Shown here piece by piece: positions 44,960 through 54,036 of a stretch of 64,000 nucleotides of DNA. Below the pieces are notes generated by a model, which saw only the letters and a program-made list of their open reading frames with translations, did no database searches and was not told where the DNA came from. A program made the translations under genes and the position numbers. Origin of the DNA: an uncultured Piscinibacter sp. (lineage in GTDB: Bacteria; Pseudomonadota; Gammaproteobacteria; Burkholderiales; Burkholderiaceae_C); contig NZ_CALFYO010000018.1 in the NCBI RefSeq assembly GCF_937952055.1, forward strand, positions 1,194 through 65,193, read 5' to 3'. Each line of letters opens with the position of its first letter. Position 1 is the stretch's first letter.

Positions 44960-46390
44960 ATGAGCGCACAGCAATTCGACGTCGTCGTCATCGGCGGCGG
45001 CCCCGGCGGCTACATCGCGGCGATCCGCGCGGCGCAGCTCGGCTTCAACACCGCCTGCATCGACGAGTGGAAGAACGAGAAGGGCGGCCCGGCGCCGGGC
45101 GGCACCTGCACCAACGTCGGCTGCATCCCGAGCAAGGCGCTGCTGCAGTCCAGCGAGCACTTCGAACACGCCGGCCACGCCTTCGCCGACCACGGCATCG
45201 GCCTGAAGGATCTGAGCATCGACGTCCCGAAGATGCTCAAGCGCAAGGACACCGTCGTCAAGCAGAACAACGACGGCATCCTCTACCTGTTCAAGAAGAA
45301 CAAGGTGAGCTTCTTCCATGGCCGCGGCTCGTTCGTGAAGGCCGACGCCGGTGCCTACGAGATCGCCGTGGCCGGCGACAAGCCGGCCAGCCTGCTGGCG
45401 AAGCAGGTCATCGTCGCCACCGGCTCCAATGCGCGGGGGCTGCCCGGCGCCGCCTTCGACGAGGACAGAATCCTCAGCAATGACGGCGCGCTGCGCATCG
45501 GCGCGGTGCCGAAGACGCTGGGCGTGATCGGCTCGGGCGTGATCGGCCTTGAGATGGGCTCCGTGTGGCGTCGTCTCGGGGCCGAAGTGGTCGTGCTGGA
45601 AGCACTTCCGGTATTCCTCGGTGCCGTCGACGAGCAGGTTGCCAAGGAGGCGCACAAGGCCTTCACCAAGCAGGGCCTGAAGATCGAGTTGGGCGTGAAG
45701 ATCGAGTCGGTCAAGGCCGACAAGAAGGGTGTCAGCGTTGCCTACGCGAACGCCAAGGGCGAGGCGCAGACGCTCGCCGTCGACAAGCTGATCGTCTCGA
45801 TCGGCCGCGTGCCCAACACTGTCGGCCTGAACGCGGAGGGCGTCGGCCTGAAGCTCGACGAGCGCGGTGCCATCGTCGTCGACGACGAATGCCGCACCAA
45901 CCTGCCGGGCGTCTGGGCGGTGGGCGACGTGGTGCGCGGTCCGATGCTGGCGCACAAGGCCGAGGAGGAGGGCGTCGCGGTGGCGGAGCGAATCGCCGGA
46001 CAGCACGGCCACGTCAATTTCAACACCATTCCCTGGGTGATCTACACCAGCCCGGAGATCGCCTGGGTCGGCCAGACCGAGCAGCAGCTCAAGGCCGCCG
46101 GGCGAGCCTACAAGGCCGGCAGCTTCCCGTTCATGGCCAACGGCCGAGCGCGCGCGTTGGGCGACACCACCGGCTTCGTCAAGTTCCTCGCCGATGCGGC
46201 GACGGACGAGATCCTCGGCGTGCACATCGTCGGCCCGTTCGCCTCGGAACTGATCTCCGAGGCGGTGGTGGCGATGGAGTTCAAGGCCAGCGCCGAGGAC
46301 ATCGCACGCATTTGCCACGCACACCCGTCGCTTTCCGAGGCCACCAAGGAAGCGGCCCTTGCGGTCGACAAGCGCACGCTGAACTTCTGA
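44960..46390 (+). CDS. lpdA: dihydrolipoyl dehydrogenase (E3)
   Basis: [23 protein letters not shown] and the redox disulfide [16 protein letters not shown]. 476 aa. Confidence 0.95.
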   Translation: MSAQQFDVVVIGGGPGGYIAAIRAAQLGFNTACIDEWKNEKGGPAPGGTCTNVGCIPSKALLQSSEHFEHAGHAFADHGIGLKDLSIDVPKMLKRKDTVVKQNNDGILYLFKKNKVSFFHGRGSFVKADAGAYEIAVAGDKPASLLAKQVIVATGSNARGLPGAAFDEDRILSNDGALRIGAVPKTLGVIGSGVIGLEMGSVWRRLGAEVVVLEALPVFLGAVDEQVAKEAHKAFTKQGLKIELGVKIESVKADKKGVSVAYANAKGEAQTLAVDKLIVSIGRVPNTVGLNAEGVGLKLDERGAIVVDDECRTNLPGVWAVGDVVRGPMLAHKAEEEGVAVAERIAGQHGHVNFNTIPWVIYTSPEIAWVGQTEQQLKAAGRAYKAGSFPFMANGRARALGDTTGFVKFLADAATDEILGVHIVGPFASELISEAVVAMEFKASAEDIARICHAHPSLSEATKEAALAVDKRTLNF

Positions 46391-46399
46391 AGAGCCTGC

Positions 46400-47497
46400 A
46401 TGGGCGTCCGCCAGCTGTACGAGCAGACGCTCGCCGAGCGCGGCTACGCGGCCGACCCCGCGCAGCTGCGCGCAGTCGCCGCGCTGGAGCGCTGTGAGAA
46501 CGAGTGGGCCGACTACAAGGCCAGGCGGAGCAACGCGCTGACCAAGCTGATCGCGCGCCCGCCGATCCCGCGGGGCGTGTACATGTACGGCGGCGTCGGC
46601 CGGGGCAAGAGCTTCCTGATGGACTGCTTCTTCAACTCGGTGCCGCTGACCCGCAAGACGCGCCTGCACTTCCACGAGTTCATGCGCGAGGTGCACCGCG
46701 AGTTGCAGGACCTCAAGGGTACGGTCAATCCGCTGCAGGAGCTCGGCGCGCGCATCGCGCGGCGGCACCGGCTGATCTGCTTCGACGAGTTTCATGTCGC
46801 CGATGTCACCGATGCGATGATCCTGCACCGCCTGCTCGAATCGATGTTCGAGCATCGCGTGAGCATCGTGACCACCTCGAACTTCCATCCCGACGAGCTG
46901 TACCCGAACGGTCTGCACCGCGACCGTATCCTGCCGGCCATCGAGCTGCTGAAGTCCAGGCTCGAGGTGGTCAACGTCGAGCATGGCACCGACTATCGCC
47001 AGCGCACGCTCGAGAAGGTGGAGATGTACCACTGCCCGCTCGGGCCCGCGGCCGACGCGGCGATGACCCGAGCCTTCGAGCAGCTTGCCGAGGCGCGCGA
47101 CGAAGATCCTGTGCTTCGCATCGAGCACCGAGAGTTGCGCGCGCGCCGGCGTGCCGGCGGCGTGGTGTGGTTCGACTTCAAGGTGCTGTGTGGCGGACCC
47201 CGGTCACAGAACGACTACCTGGAACTCGCCTCGCAATTCCACACCTTGCTGCTGTCCGGCGTGCCGCACATGCCGCTGCGCATGGCCTCGGAGGCACGGC
47301 GCTTCACATGGCTGGTCGACGTGCTCTACGACCGGCGCGTCAAGCTGATCATGTCCGCCGAGGTGCCGCCGCAGCAGCTCTACACGGAAGGGCCGCTGGC
47401 GCACGAGTTCCCACGCACCGTGTCGCGGCTGGCGGAGATGCAGTCTGCCGAGTTCCTGGCGCTGTCGCGTCGCACGGTGGACACTTCTCTCACATGA
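46400..47497 (+). CDS. zapE: cell division protein ZapE (AFG1-family ATPase)
   Basis: Walker A GGVGRGKSFLMD and Walker B LICFDEFHV. 365 aa. Confidence 0.85.
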   Translation: MGVRQLYEQTLAERGYAADPAQLRAVAALERCENEWADYKARRSNALTKLIARPPIPRGVYMYGGVGRGKSFLMDCFFNSVPLTRKTRLHFHEFMREVHRELQDLKGTVNPLQELGARIARRHRLICFDEFHVADVTDAMILHRLLESMFEHRVSIVTTSNFHPDELYPNGLHRDRILPAIELLKSRLEVVNVEHGTDYRQRTLEKVEMYHCPLGPAADAAMTRAFEQLAEARDEDPVLRIEHRELRARRRAGGVVWFDFKVLCGGPRSQNDYLELASQFHTLLLSGVPHMPLRMASEARRFTWLVDVLYDRRVKLIMSAEVPPQQLYTEGPLAHEFPRTVSRLAEMQSAEFLALSRRTVDTSLT

Positions 47498-48093
47498 AGC
47501 TCCTCGGATGGCCGCTGGCGACCGCGCTGCTGTGCGGCGGCACGGCGGCCCCGGCGGCGCCGGAGACACGCACCGAAGACAGCGTGGAACGCGCACGCAT
47601 CGCCCGTGAGCGCGACCAGGCCGCTGCGCAGTTCGAGCAGCGCAAGCGGGAGTGCATGCAGCAGTTTGCCGTGACCGCCTGCGTCGACGAAGCGCGTGCC
47701 ACCCATCGCCAGACGCTGCTGCAGCTGCGCCGCGAGGAAGGCGTGCTCGACGAGGCGCAGCGCAAACAGCGCGCGCAGCAGCGCCTCAGGGCGATCGAGG
47801 AGAAGCGCCGTGCCGAGCAGGACCGCGCCTCCGCGCCGCCCGCGACGCGGCGTCCGCCGCCGCTGCAGGTGAAGCCGCCGCGTGCCGCGCAGGCCGCCAG
47901 CCGAGCGGCGGCGACGGATCGGCCTGCCAGTGCGCCGGACCGCTCCGCGGAGGAACTGCGCAGTCGCGAACGCTTCGAGGCGCGGCAGCGCGAGGCCCAG
48001 GCGCATCGCGACGAAGTGCAGCGCCGGCGCGCGGAACGCGAGAAGGCGGGCAAGAAGCCCTCGGCCCCGCTGCCTGACGCGGCAGCACGCTGA
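47494..48093 (+). CDS. hypothetical secreted Arg/Glu/Gln-rich coiled-coil protein
   Basis: 199 aa. The ATG overlaps the zapE stop (ATGA). Signal-peptide-like MKLLGWPLATALLCGGTAAPAAP. A Cys pair (ECMQQFAVTAC), two charged helical blocks and a Pro-rich linker. GC3 is high and in phase. Confidence 0.55.
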   Translation: MKLLGWPLATALLCGGTAAPAAPETRTEDSVERARIARERDQAAAQFEQRKRECMQQFAVTACVDEARATHRQTLLQLRREEGVLDEAQRKQRAQQRLRAIEEKRRAEQDRASAPPATRRPPPLQVKPPRAAQAASRAAATDRPASAPDRSAEELRSRERFEARQREAQAHRDEVQRRRAEREKAGKKPSAPLPDAAAR

Positions 48094-48099
48094 GGGCGT

Positions 48100-48867
48100 T
48101 CAGCCGAGCGGATCGACGCGGATCAGTGCGAGCGAGAGGTTGTCGCCGCCTCCGCGCGCGCGCTGACGCGCCTTGCTGACGAGCATCTCGCTGGCTTCGC
48201 GCGGCGGCAAAGCGTGCACGATGGCGCCGAGTTCGCGCGGGGTGAAGTAATGCCACAGCCCGTCGCTGCAGGCGAGCATGCTGTCGCCGACCTCGAGGTA
48301 GTCGATGTGGCCCACCGAGATCGGCGGGTCCTGGTGCGTGCCCAGGCAGCCGGTCAGCAGGTTGGACTGCGGGTGGTTGTTGGCCTCTTCCTCGCTGATC
48401 GAGCCTTCGGAGACGAGGCGTTGGACGTAGGAGTGATCCACCGTGCGCGAGACCAAGTCGGAGCCGCGGAAGTGGTAGATGCGCGAGTCTCCAGCATGCA
48501 CATAGTGGCACTCGCGCGAGGGGCTGATGATGTAGGCGGCGACCGTGCTGTGCGGCTCTTCTTCCGAGGTGATTGCCGTCAGCTTGATCATCAGGTGCGC
48601 CTCGAGCACCAGTTGCTTGAGGGCTTCGGCGGTGTCGTCGCGAGAGGGCGCGAAGCGCTCGAAGATCTGCTGCGCCGTGAGGATCACCTGGTCGGCCGCC
48701 TTGCGCCCGCCGCTCTTGCCGCCCATGCCGTCGGCGAGCACGGCCATCACGCTGCCGGGCACGCGAAGGTGCGGAATGATCTGCACCTGATCCTGCTGGT
48801 AAGCCCGGTCGCCGCGATGGATGCCGGTGGCGGCGGACAGGCGGTAACCGACGGTCGTGGAGCTCAT
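48100..48867 (-). CDS. PP2C-family serine/threonine protein phosphatase
   Basis: 255 aa: ..RAYQQDQ.., ..VLADGMGG.., ..HAGDSRIY.., ..ACSDGLW.., ..GGGDNLSLALIRV.. (metal-binding Asp motifs). Confidence 0.85.
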   Translation of the reverse strand: MSSTTVGYRLSAATGIHRGDRAYQQDQVQIIPHLRVPGSVMAVLADGMGGKSGGRKAADQVILTAQQIFERFAPSRDDTAEALKQLVLEAHLMIKLTAITSEEEPHSTVAAYIISPSRECHYVHAGDSRIYHFRGSDLVSRTVDHSYVQRLVSEGSISEEEANNHPQSNLLTGCLGTHQDPPISVGHIDYLEVGDSMLACSDGLWHYFTPRELGAIVHALPPREASEMLVSKARQRARGGGDNLSLALIRVDPLG

Positions 48868-48933
48868 GGCCGAAAACTATAATCCCTCCCGCCTCCGGCG
48901 TCGGGGCGATTTCCGCGATTAAGTCGCGCGCCG

Positions 48934-49137
48934 ATGGACGACAACCTGCATTCCCTGCCTCGAAGGCTGATCGAGCTGCGCATCGAGCATGCCGACCTCG
49001 ACAACCTGATCGACCGCACGGTGATTGAACATCCGACCGACGAGCTCACGGTGCGCCGCCTGAAGAAGCGCCGCCTGGTGCTCCGCGACCTGATCGCGAA
49101 GCTGGAAGCCCAGCTCGAACCGCCCGAGCCGGCATGA
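48934..49137 (+). CDS. DUF465 (YdcH-like) small coiled-coil protein
   Basis: 67 aa: ..LIELRIEHADLDNLID.. and ..LTVRRLKKRRLVLRDLIAKLE.. This fits the YdcH/DUF465 pattern as I recall it. Its stop overlaps the helicase ATG (ATGA). Confidence 0.65.
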   Translation: MDDNLHSLPRRLIELRIEHADLDNLIDRTVIEHPTDELTVRRLKKRRLVLRDLIAKLEAQLEPPEPA

Positions 49138-51134
49138 CGCCGGACCACGCATCGCCTCCGGGCTCCTTGGTGGCCGCTTCACGCGAGGCCTTGTCGGCGC
49201 AGGGCGCATTGGCGCAAGCCGACGCGCGACATGTCGAACGCGCCGTGCAGCTGACCATGGCTCAAGCGGTGGCCGAGGCCATCGAGACGCGCAGCGCACT
49301 CGTCGCCGAGGCCGGCACCGGCGTCGGCAAGACCTTCGCCTACCTCGTGCCGACCCTGCTCAGCGGTGCCCGCGCGCTGGTCAGCACGGCCACCAAGAGC
49401 CTGCAGGATCAGCTGTTCCTGCGCGACATCCCGCGCCTGCGCGATGCCCTGCAACTGCCGGTGAGCGTTGCGTTGCTGAAGGGCCGCGGCAGCTACCTCT
49501 GCCTGCATCGTCTGAAGCAGGCACGCCAGTCGGCCACGCTGCCTGACCGCTGGGCGGTGCGCACGCTGGCCAAGGTCGAGCAGTGGTCGCAGACCACCGC
49601 CAGCGGCGACCTCGCCGAGCTCGACGGCCTGGACGAGCGAAGCAGCGTGATTCCGCTCGTCACCTCGACGCGTGACAACTGCCTGGGCAGCGAATGCGCC
49701 GACTTCCGCGTCTGCCACGTGGTGAAGGCGAGACGCGAGGCGATGGCGGCCGACGTCGTGGTGGTCAATCACCATCTGTTCTTTGCCGACATGGCATTGC
49801 GAGACACCGGCGTGGCCGAACTGCTGCCCAGCGTCGAGGTGGCGGTGTTCGACGAGGCGCACCAGCTTGCCGAGGCCGGCGTGCAGTTCCTCGGCACCAC
49901 GCTGTCCACGGCGCAGGCACTGGACCTTGCCCGCGACCTTCTCGCCGTGGGCCTGCAGCAGGCGCGCGGGCTCGCGCCATGGCAGGAGCTGCAGTCGGGC
50001 ATCGAGAAGGCGGCGCGCGAACTTCGCCTGGCCGCTGCCGGGCCGCTGCGCGAACTGCGCGGCAGCCTGAAGCTGCGCTGGGAAGAGCGCGCGACGCGCG
50101 CTGACTTCGTCGAAGCCCTGCGGGCGCTGGGCCTTGCGGCCGATGCGGCCGGCGCAGCCCTGGATACGGTGTCGGAGCTGTCACCCGACCTGGGCAAGCT
50201 CGCCGAACGCGCCGGTCAGCTCGCCGTGCTCGCGGATCGCTTCGTCGCCGGAGCTGCGGAAGGCCGCGTTCGCTGGATCGACATCTCGCCGCATCAGGCG
50301 CGCCTGGTGGAGTCGCCGCTGGACATCCGCGAGGCGTTGGCCGAACAGATGGCCGCCGCGGGCAGGGCCTGGATCTTCACCTCGGCGACGCTGGGCGATG
50401 ACGACGCGCTGAGCTGGTTCACCGAGCAGGCCGGGCTGAACGAGGCGCGCACCCTGCGCGTGGGCAGCCCGTTCGACTACGCGGCCCACGCACGCCTGTA
50501 CATTCCCGCAGGCTTCCCCAAGCCGAACGAGGCGACGCATCCGTCGGCGGTGGCGACGATGGCAGCACGCTGCGCTCGCGCGCTGGGTGGCCGCACCTTC
50601 GTGCTGACGACCACGCTGCGTGCGCTGCAGGCGATCGCCGAGCGCCTGCGCGCCGAGTTCGAGGCGCAAGGCGACACGTTGCGCGTGCTGCAGCAGGGTG
50701 AGGCGCCGAAGCGCCAGCTGATGCAGCAGTTTCTCGCCGAGCCGCGTTCGGTGCTGGTGGGTTCGCAGAGCTTCTGGGAAGGCATCGACGTGCCGGGCGA
50801 CGCGCTGCAGTGCGTGCTGATCGACAAGCTGCCGTTTCCGCCGCCGAACGACCCGCTGGTCGAGGCGCGCGTCAAGCGGCTCGAGGCCCAGGGCCGCAAC
50901 GCCTTTGCCGACTACTTTGTCGCCGAGGCGGCGGTGTCGCTGAAGCAGGGCGCCGGACGGCTGATCCGCAGCGAGACGGATCACGGCCTGCTGGTGGTGT
51001 GCGACCCGCGCATGGCGGGCATGAACTACGGGCGGCGCCTGCGTGAGGCGCTGCCTCCGATGACACGCGTGGCCAGCGAGGCCGAGGCGCTGGCCTGGCT
51101 CGAGTCGCTGGCCGGCGAGGCACTGCCGTACTGA
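49134..51134 (+). CDS. ATP-dependent DNA helicase, XPD/DinG/YoaA family (no exonuclease domain)
   Basis: Walker A AGTGVGKT and DEAH box VFDEAHQL. Four Cys in the helicase-domain-1 insertion (YLCLHR, DNCLGSECADFRVCH) fit an Fe-S cluster. 666 aa. Confidence 0.85.
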   Translation: MTPDHASPPGSLVAASREALSAQGALAQADARHVERAVQLTMAQAVAEAIETRSALVAEAGTGVGKTFAYLVPTLLSGARALVSTATKSLQDQLFLRDIPRLRDALQLPVSVALLKGRGSYLCLHRLKQARQSATLPDRWAVRTLAKVEQWSQTTASGDLAELDGLDERSSVIPLVTSTRDNCLGSECADFRVCHVVKARREAMAADVVVVNHHLFFADMALRDTGVAELLPSVEVAVFDEAHQLAEAGVQFLGTTLSTAQALDLARDLLAVGLQQARGLAPWQELQSGIEKAARELRLAAAGPLRELRGSLKLRWEERATRADFVEALRALGLAADAAGAALDTVSELSPDLGKLAERAGQLAVLADRFVAGAAEGRVRWIDISPHQARLVESPLDIREALAEQMAAAGRAWIFTSATLGDDDALSWFTEQAGLNEARTLRVGSPFDYAAHARLYIPAGFPKPNEATHPSAVATMAARCARALGGRTFVLTTTLRALQAIAERLRAEFEAQGDTLRVLQQGEAPKRQLMQQFLAEPRSVLVGSQSFWEGIDVPGDALQCVLIDKLPFPPPNDPLVEARVKRLEAQGRNAFADYFVAEAAVSLKQGAGRLIRSETDHGLLVVCDPRMAGMNYGRRLREALPPMTRVASEAEALAWLESLAGEALPY

Positions 51135-51156
51135 GCGTGCGCCAGCAGAGGCGCCG

Positions 51157-51954
51157 TCACTGGCGTTGCGGCGTGCCGCGTGCCTCGCTGGCGAAGCGGC
51201 TGTCGGGGAAGTTCTTCGCCAGCACGCGTTGAGCGTCGTCGCGCAACTCGGTCAGTCCGAGGCGGTCGTAGCTCTGCGCCAGGATGTGCAGGGCCTCCTC
51301 GGTGGCCGGCGAGTACTGGAACTCCTGCACCGCATGCTGCGCGCGGTTCGCGGCCGCGACGTAGGCGCCGCGCCGGAAGTAGTAGCGCGCCACGTGCACC
51401 TCGTAGGCGGCCAGCGAGTTGACGATGTAGTTCATACGGACCTGCGCGTCTTCGGCGTAGATCGAGCGCGGGAACTGGTCGACGAGCTGCTTGAACGACT
51501 GGTACGAATCCCGCGCGGCCTGCTGGTCGCGCTCGGACAGGTCCTGCGACGCCAGGCGGCCGAGGATGCCGAGGTTGTCGTTGAAGTTGATGATGCCCTG
51601 CAGGTACAGCGCGTAGTCGATGCCGGGGCTGGACGGATTCAGCTTGATGAAGCGCTCGAGGACCGACAGTGCCTCGGCGCGCTCACCCCCGCGCCACAGC
51701 ACGTAAGCCCGCTCGATCTGCGCTTGCTGGGCGAGCGGCGTGCCGGCGGCGCGGCCCTCGAGCCGCTCGAGCAGCTTGGCGGCCTTGTCGTAAGCGCCGG
51801 CAGCCATCTCGTCCTTGGCCTCTGCATACAATTTCTCCGGCGACCACGAGACGCTCTCGTCCTGCGGCGCGGTGCCGCATCCCGCGATCACGAGGGCTGC
51901 GGCCAGCATGGCCGCACGCATGCCCAGCGGGCCGGTCAAACGCTTCACATCCAT
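51157..51954 (-). CDS. bamD: outer membrane protein assembly factor BamD (lipoprotein, TPR)
   Basis: Lipobox ALVIAGC and TPR repeats. Conserved divergent pairing with rluD. Start at ATG 51954; a GTG at 51966 is also possible. Confidence 0.85.
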   Translation of the reverse strand: MDVKRLTGPLGMRAAMLAAALVIAGCGTAPQDESVSWSPEKLYAEAKDEMAAGAYDKAAKLLERLEGRAAGTPLAQQAQIERAYVLWRGGERAEALSVLERFIKLNPSSPGIDYALYLQGIINFNDNLGILGRLASQDLSERDQQAARDSYQSFKQLVDQFPRSIYAEDAQVRMNYIVNSLAAYEVHVARYYFRRGAYVAAANRAQHAVQEFQYSPATEEALHILAQSYDRLGLTELRDDAQRVLAKNFPDSRFASEARGTPQRQ

Positions 51955-51992
51955 GGGCTGAGGCACCTCGCGCGCGTCGCGCGCCGTCGGTC

Positions 51993-52952
51993 ATGACAAG
52001 AGAGCGCGATTATAGGGAAGAGACCCTGGACGACGGTGGCGAGAGCGAGCGTCGCGCCGGCGTCGCGCCGGTCGATTGGCATGGCCAGAGACTCGACAAG
52101 GCGTTGGTGGCAATGGCCCCCGAGTTCTCGCGCAGCCACCTACAGGGTCTGCTCGAGCGCGGCCATGTGTGGGTGGGCGGGGTGCAGGCGCGTGCCGCGT
52201 CGCAGCGTGTGCGCTGCGGCCAGCGCATCGAGATCGAGTTGATTGGCACCGAGGAGAGCCGCGCGTTCCGCCCCGAGGCGATGGCGCTGGCGATCGTCCA
52301 CGAGGACGAGCACCTCCTCGTCATCGACAAGCCGGCCGGCATGGTGGTGCATCCTGCGGCGGGCAACTGGTCGGGCACGCTGCTCAACGGCCTGCTTGCG
52401 CACCATGCCGGCGCCAGCGCGCTGCCGCGCGCTGGCATCGTGCACCGGCTCGACAAGGACACCTCCGGGCTGATGGTGGTGGCCAAGACCCTCGTCGTGA
52501 TGACGGCGCTCGTTCGCGCCATCGCAGGGCGTGCGGTGCATCGGCAGTACATGGCGTTGTGCCACGGCGAGCTGTCGACGGGCGCTTTCAGCATCGAAGC
52601 GCCGATCGGCCGCGATCCCCAGTCGCGCGTGCGCATGGCCGTGGTGGCTGGCGGCAAGCCGGCGCGCACGGACGTCGAGCGCGTCGCTGCCAGCGGAGGC
52701 TTCAGCGCGGTACGGTGCACATTGCACACCGGACGCACGCACCAGATCCGCGTGCACCTCGCCTCGCGCGGGCATCCGCTGGTTGCCGACGCACTCTACG
52801 GCGGCGCGCCTGCCCTGGGCATGGCGCGCCAGGCCCTGCATGCCTTTCGGCTCGGCTTCGTGCATCCGGTCAGCGGCGAAGACCTGCGCTTCGAGGCGCC
52901 GCCGCCGCCCGATCTGGCCGCGGCCTGGGGGCTGGTGACCGGCGCAGGCTGA
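51993..52952 (+). CDS. rluD: 23S rRNA pseudouridine synthase, RluA family (RluD)
   Basis: S4 domain (RLDKALVAMAPEFSRSHLQGLL..) and catalytic motif HRLDKDTSGLMVVAK. 319 aa from ATG 51993. Confidence 0.9.
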   Translation: MTRERDYREETLDDGGESERRAGVAPVDWHGQRLDKALVAMAPEFSRSHLQGLLERGHVWVGGVQARAASQRVRCGQRIEIELIGTEESRAFRPEAMALAIVHEDEHLLVIDKPAGMVVHPAAGNWSGTLLNGLLAHHAGASALPRAGIVHRLDKDTSGLMVVAKTLVVMTALVRAIAGRAVHRQYMALCHGELSTGAFSIEAPIGRDPQSRVRMAVVAGGKPARTDVERVAASGGFSAVRCTLHTGRTHQIRVHLASRGHPLVADALYGGAPALGMARQALHAFRLGFVHPVSGEDLRFEAPPPPDLAAAWGLVTGAG

Positions 52953-53220
52953 TTTGCGGCGCGAATGAGACACCTGCGGCGCCCGCTTGGGTACAATGCA
53001 ATCCGACCCCCAGCCCGATTGCCCGAGCCGCCGCGATGCGCGGCCCCATCGGGAGTCCGGCTGCCAGGCCTTCTGATGCGCCCGGAGGCGCCTCAGCCCA
53101 TGCCGCTGCGATGTGTGCGCGGCCCACTTGCCAGATGCAACGTGTCACCGCCCGAGCGGTGACGCTCGACACGAGCCCGAAGACCTGCCGGATGCACCGG
53201 CCGAGGATTTGACAGGATCC

Positions 53221-54036
53221 ATGAACACACAGGATGCGAAGCGCGTCCTCGAGACCGCGCTCATCTGCGCCAGCCAGCCCATGCCTCTGCGCGACATGCG
53301 CACCCTGTTCAACGACGAACTGGGAGCAGATACGCTGCGCGCGCTGCTCGACGAACTGATGCGCGACTGGAAAGGCCGCGGTGTCGAACTGGTGGCGCTG
53401 GCTCACGGCTGGCGCTTTCAGAGCAGGCCCGAGATGCGCGAGTATCTCGACCGCCTCAACCCCGAGAAGCCGCCCAAGTACTCGCGCGCGGTGATGGAGA
53501 CGCTGGCCATCATTGCCTATCGGCAACCGGTCACGCGTGGCGACATCGAGGACATCCGCGGCGTCACGGTGGCCAGCCAGATCATCAAGCAGCTCGAAGA
53601 CCGCGGCTGGGTCGAGGCGATCGGATATCGCGAGGCGCCCGGTCGCCCGGCCCTGCTGGCCACGACGAAGCAGTTCCTCGACGACCTGGGCCTGGCCAGT
53701 CTCGAGCAGTTGCCGACCCTCGAGGGCGCTGCAGCGGCTGGCGCGTTGCTTGCCGAGGCATTGCCTGACCAGGCATCGCTGATCGAGGCGCAGGGTGCGT
53801 TGCCGCTGGACGGACCGGCCGACCTGCCGGGGGTCGGCGCGCTGCCGGCCGAAGGTGAAGCGCATGTGGTCGCCGAGGCGCTGGAGTCCGTCGCCACCGG
53901 CGAGGCCGGCCCGTTCGACGCGCCGAGCACTCCGGTCGCGCAAGACGTCGCCGTCGACCGAAATCATCCCGATCCCGATCCCGATCCCGATCCCGAGACT
54001 GCGGCCGACGCCGCTCCGCTGGAACCCCAAGCATGA
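53221..54036 (+). CDS. scpB: SMC-Scp complex subunit ScpB with acidic PD-repeat tail
   Basis: [26 protein letters not shown].. and ..[28 protein letters not shown].. (tandem wHTH). The C-terminal extension ends ..[11 protein letters not shown].. Confidence 0.85.
   Translation: MNTQDAKRVLETALICASQPMPLRDMRTLFNDELGADTLRALLDELMRDWKGRGVELVALAHGWRFQSRPEMREYLDRLNPEKPPKYSRAVMETLAIIAYRQPVTRGDIEDIRGVTVASQIIKQLEDRGWVEAIGYREAPGRPALLATTKQFLDDLGLASLEQLPTLEGAAAAGALLAEALPDQASLIEAQGALPLDGPADLPGVGALPAEGEAHVVAEALESVATGEAGPFDAPSTPVAQDVAVDRNHPDPDPDPDPETAADAAPLEPQA
53966..53995 (+). repeat. hexanucleotide microsatellite (ATCCCG)x5 inside scpB
   Basis: Five perfect tandem copies, in frame, encoding PDPDPDPDP. They create four GATC sites 6 bp apart. 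Confidence 0.9.

Noticed and set aside
52965-53162. 65-aa ORF in the rluD-scpB spacer.
   Set aside because: It has an Arg/Pro-rich composition and noticeably lower third-position GC. It uses AGA, CGA, CCA and GGA codons that the confident genes avoid, has no Shine-Dalgarno sequence and no recognisable domain.
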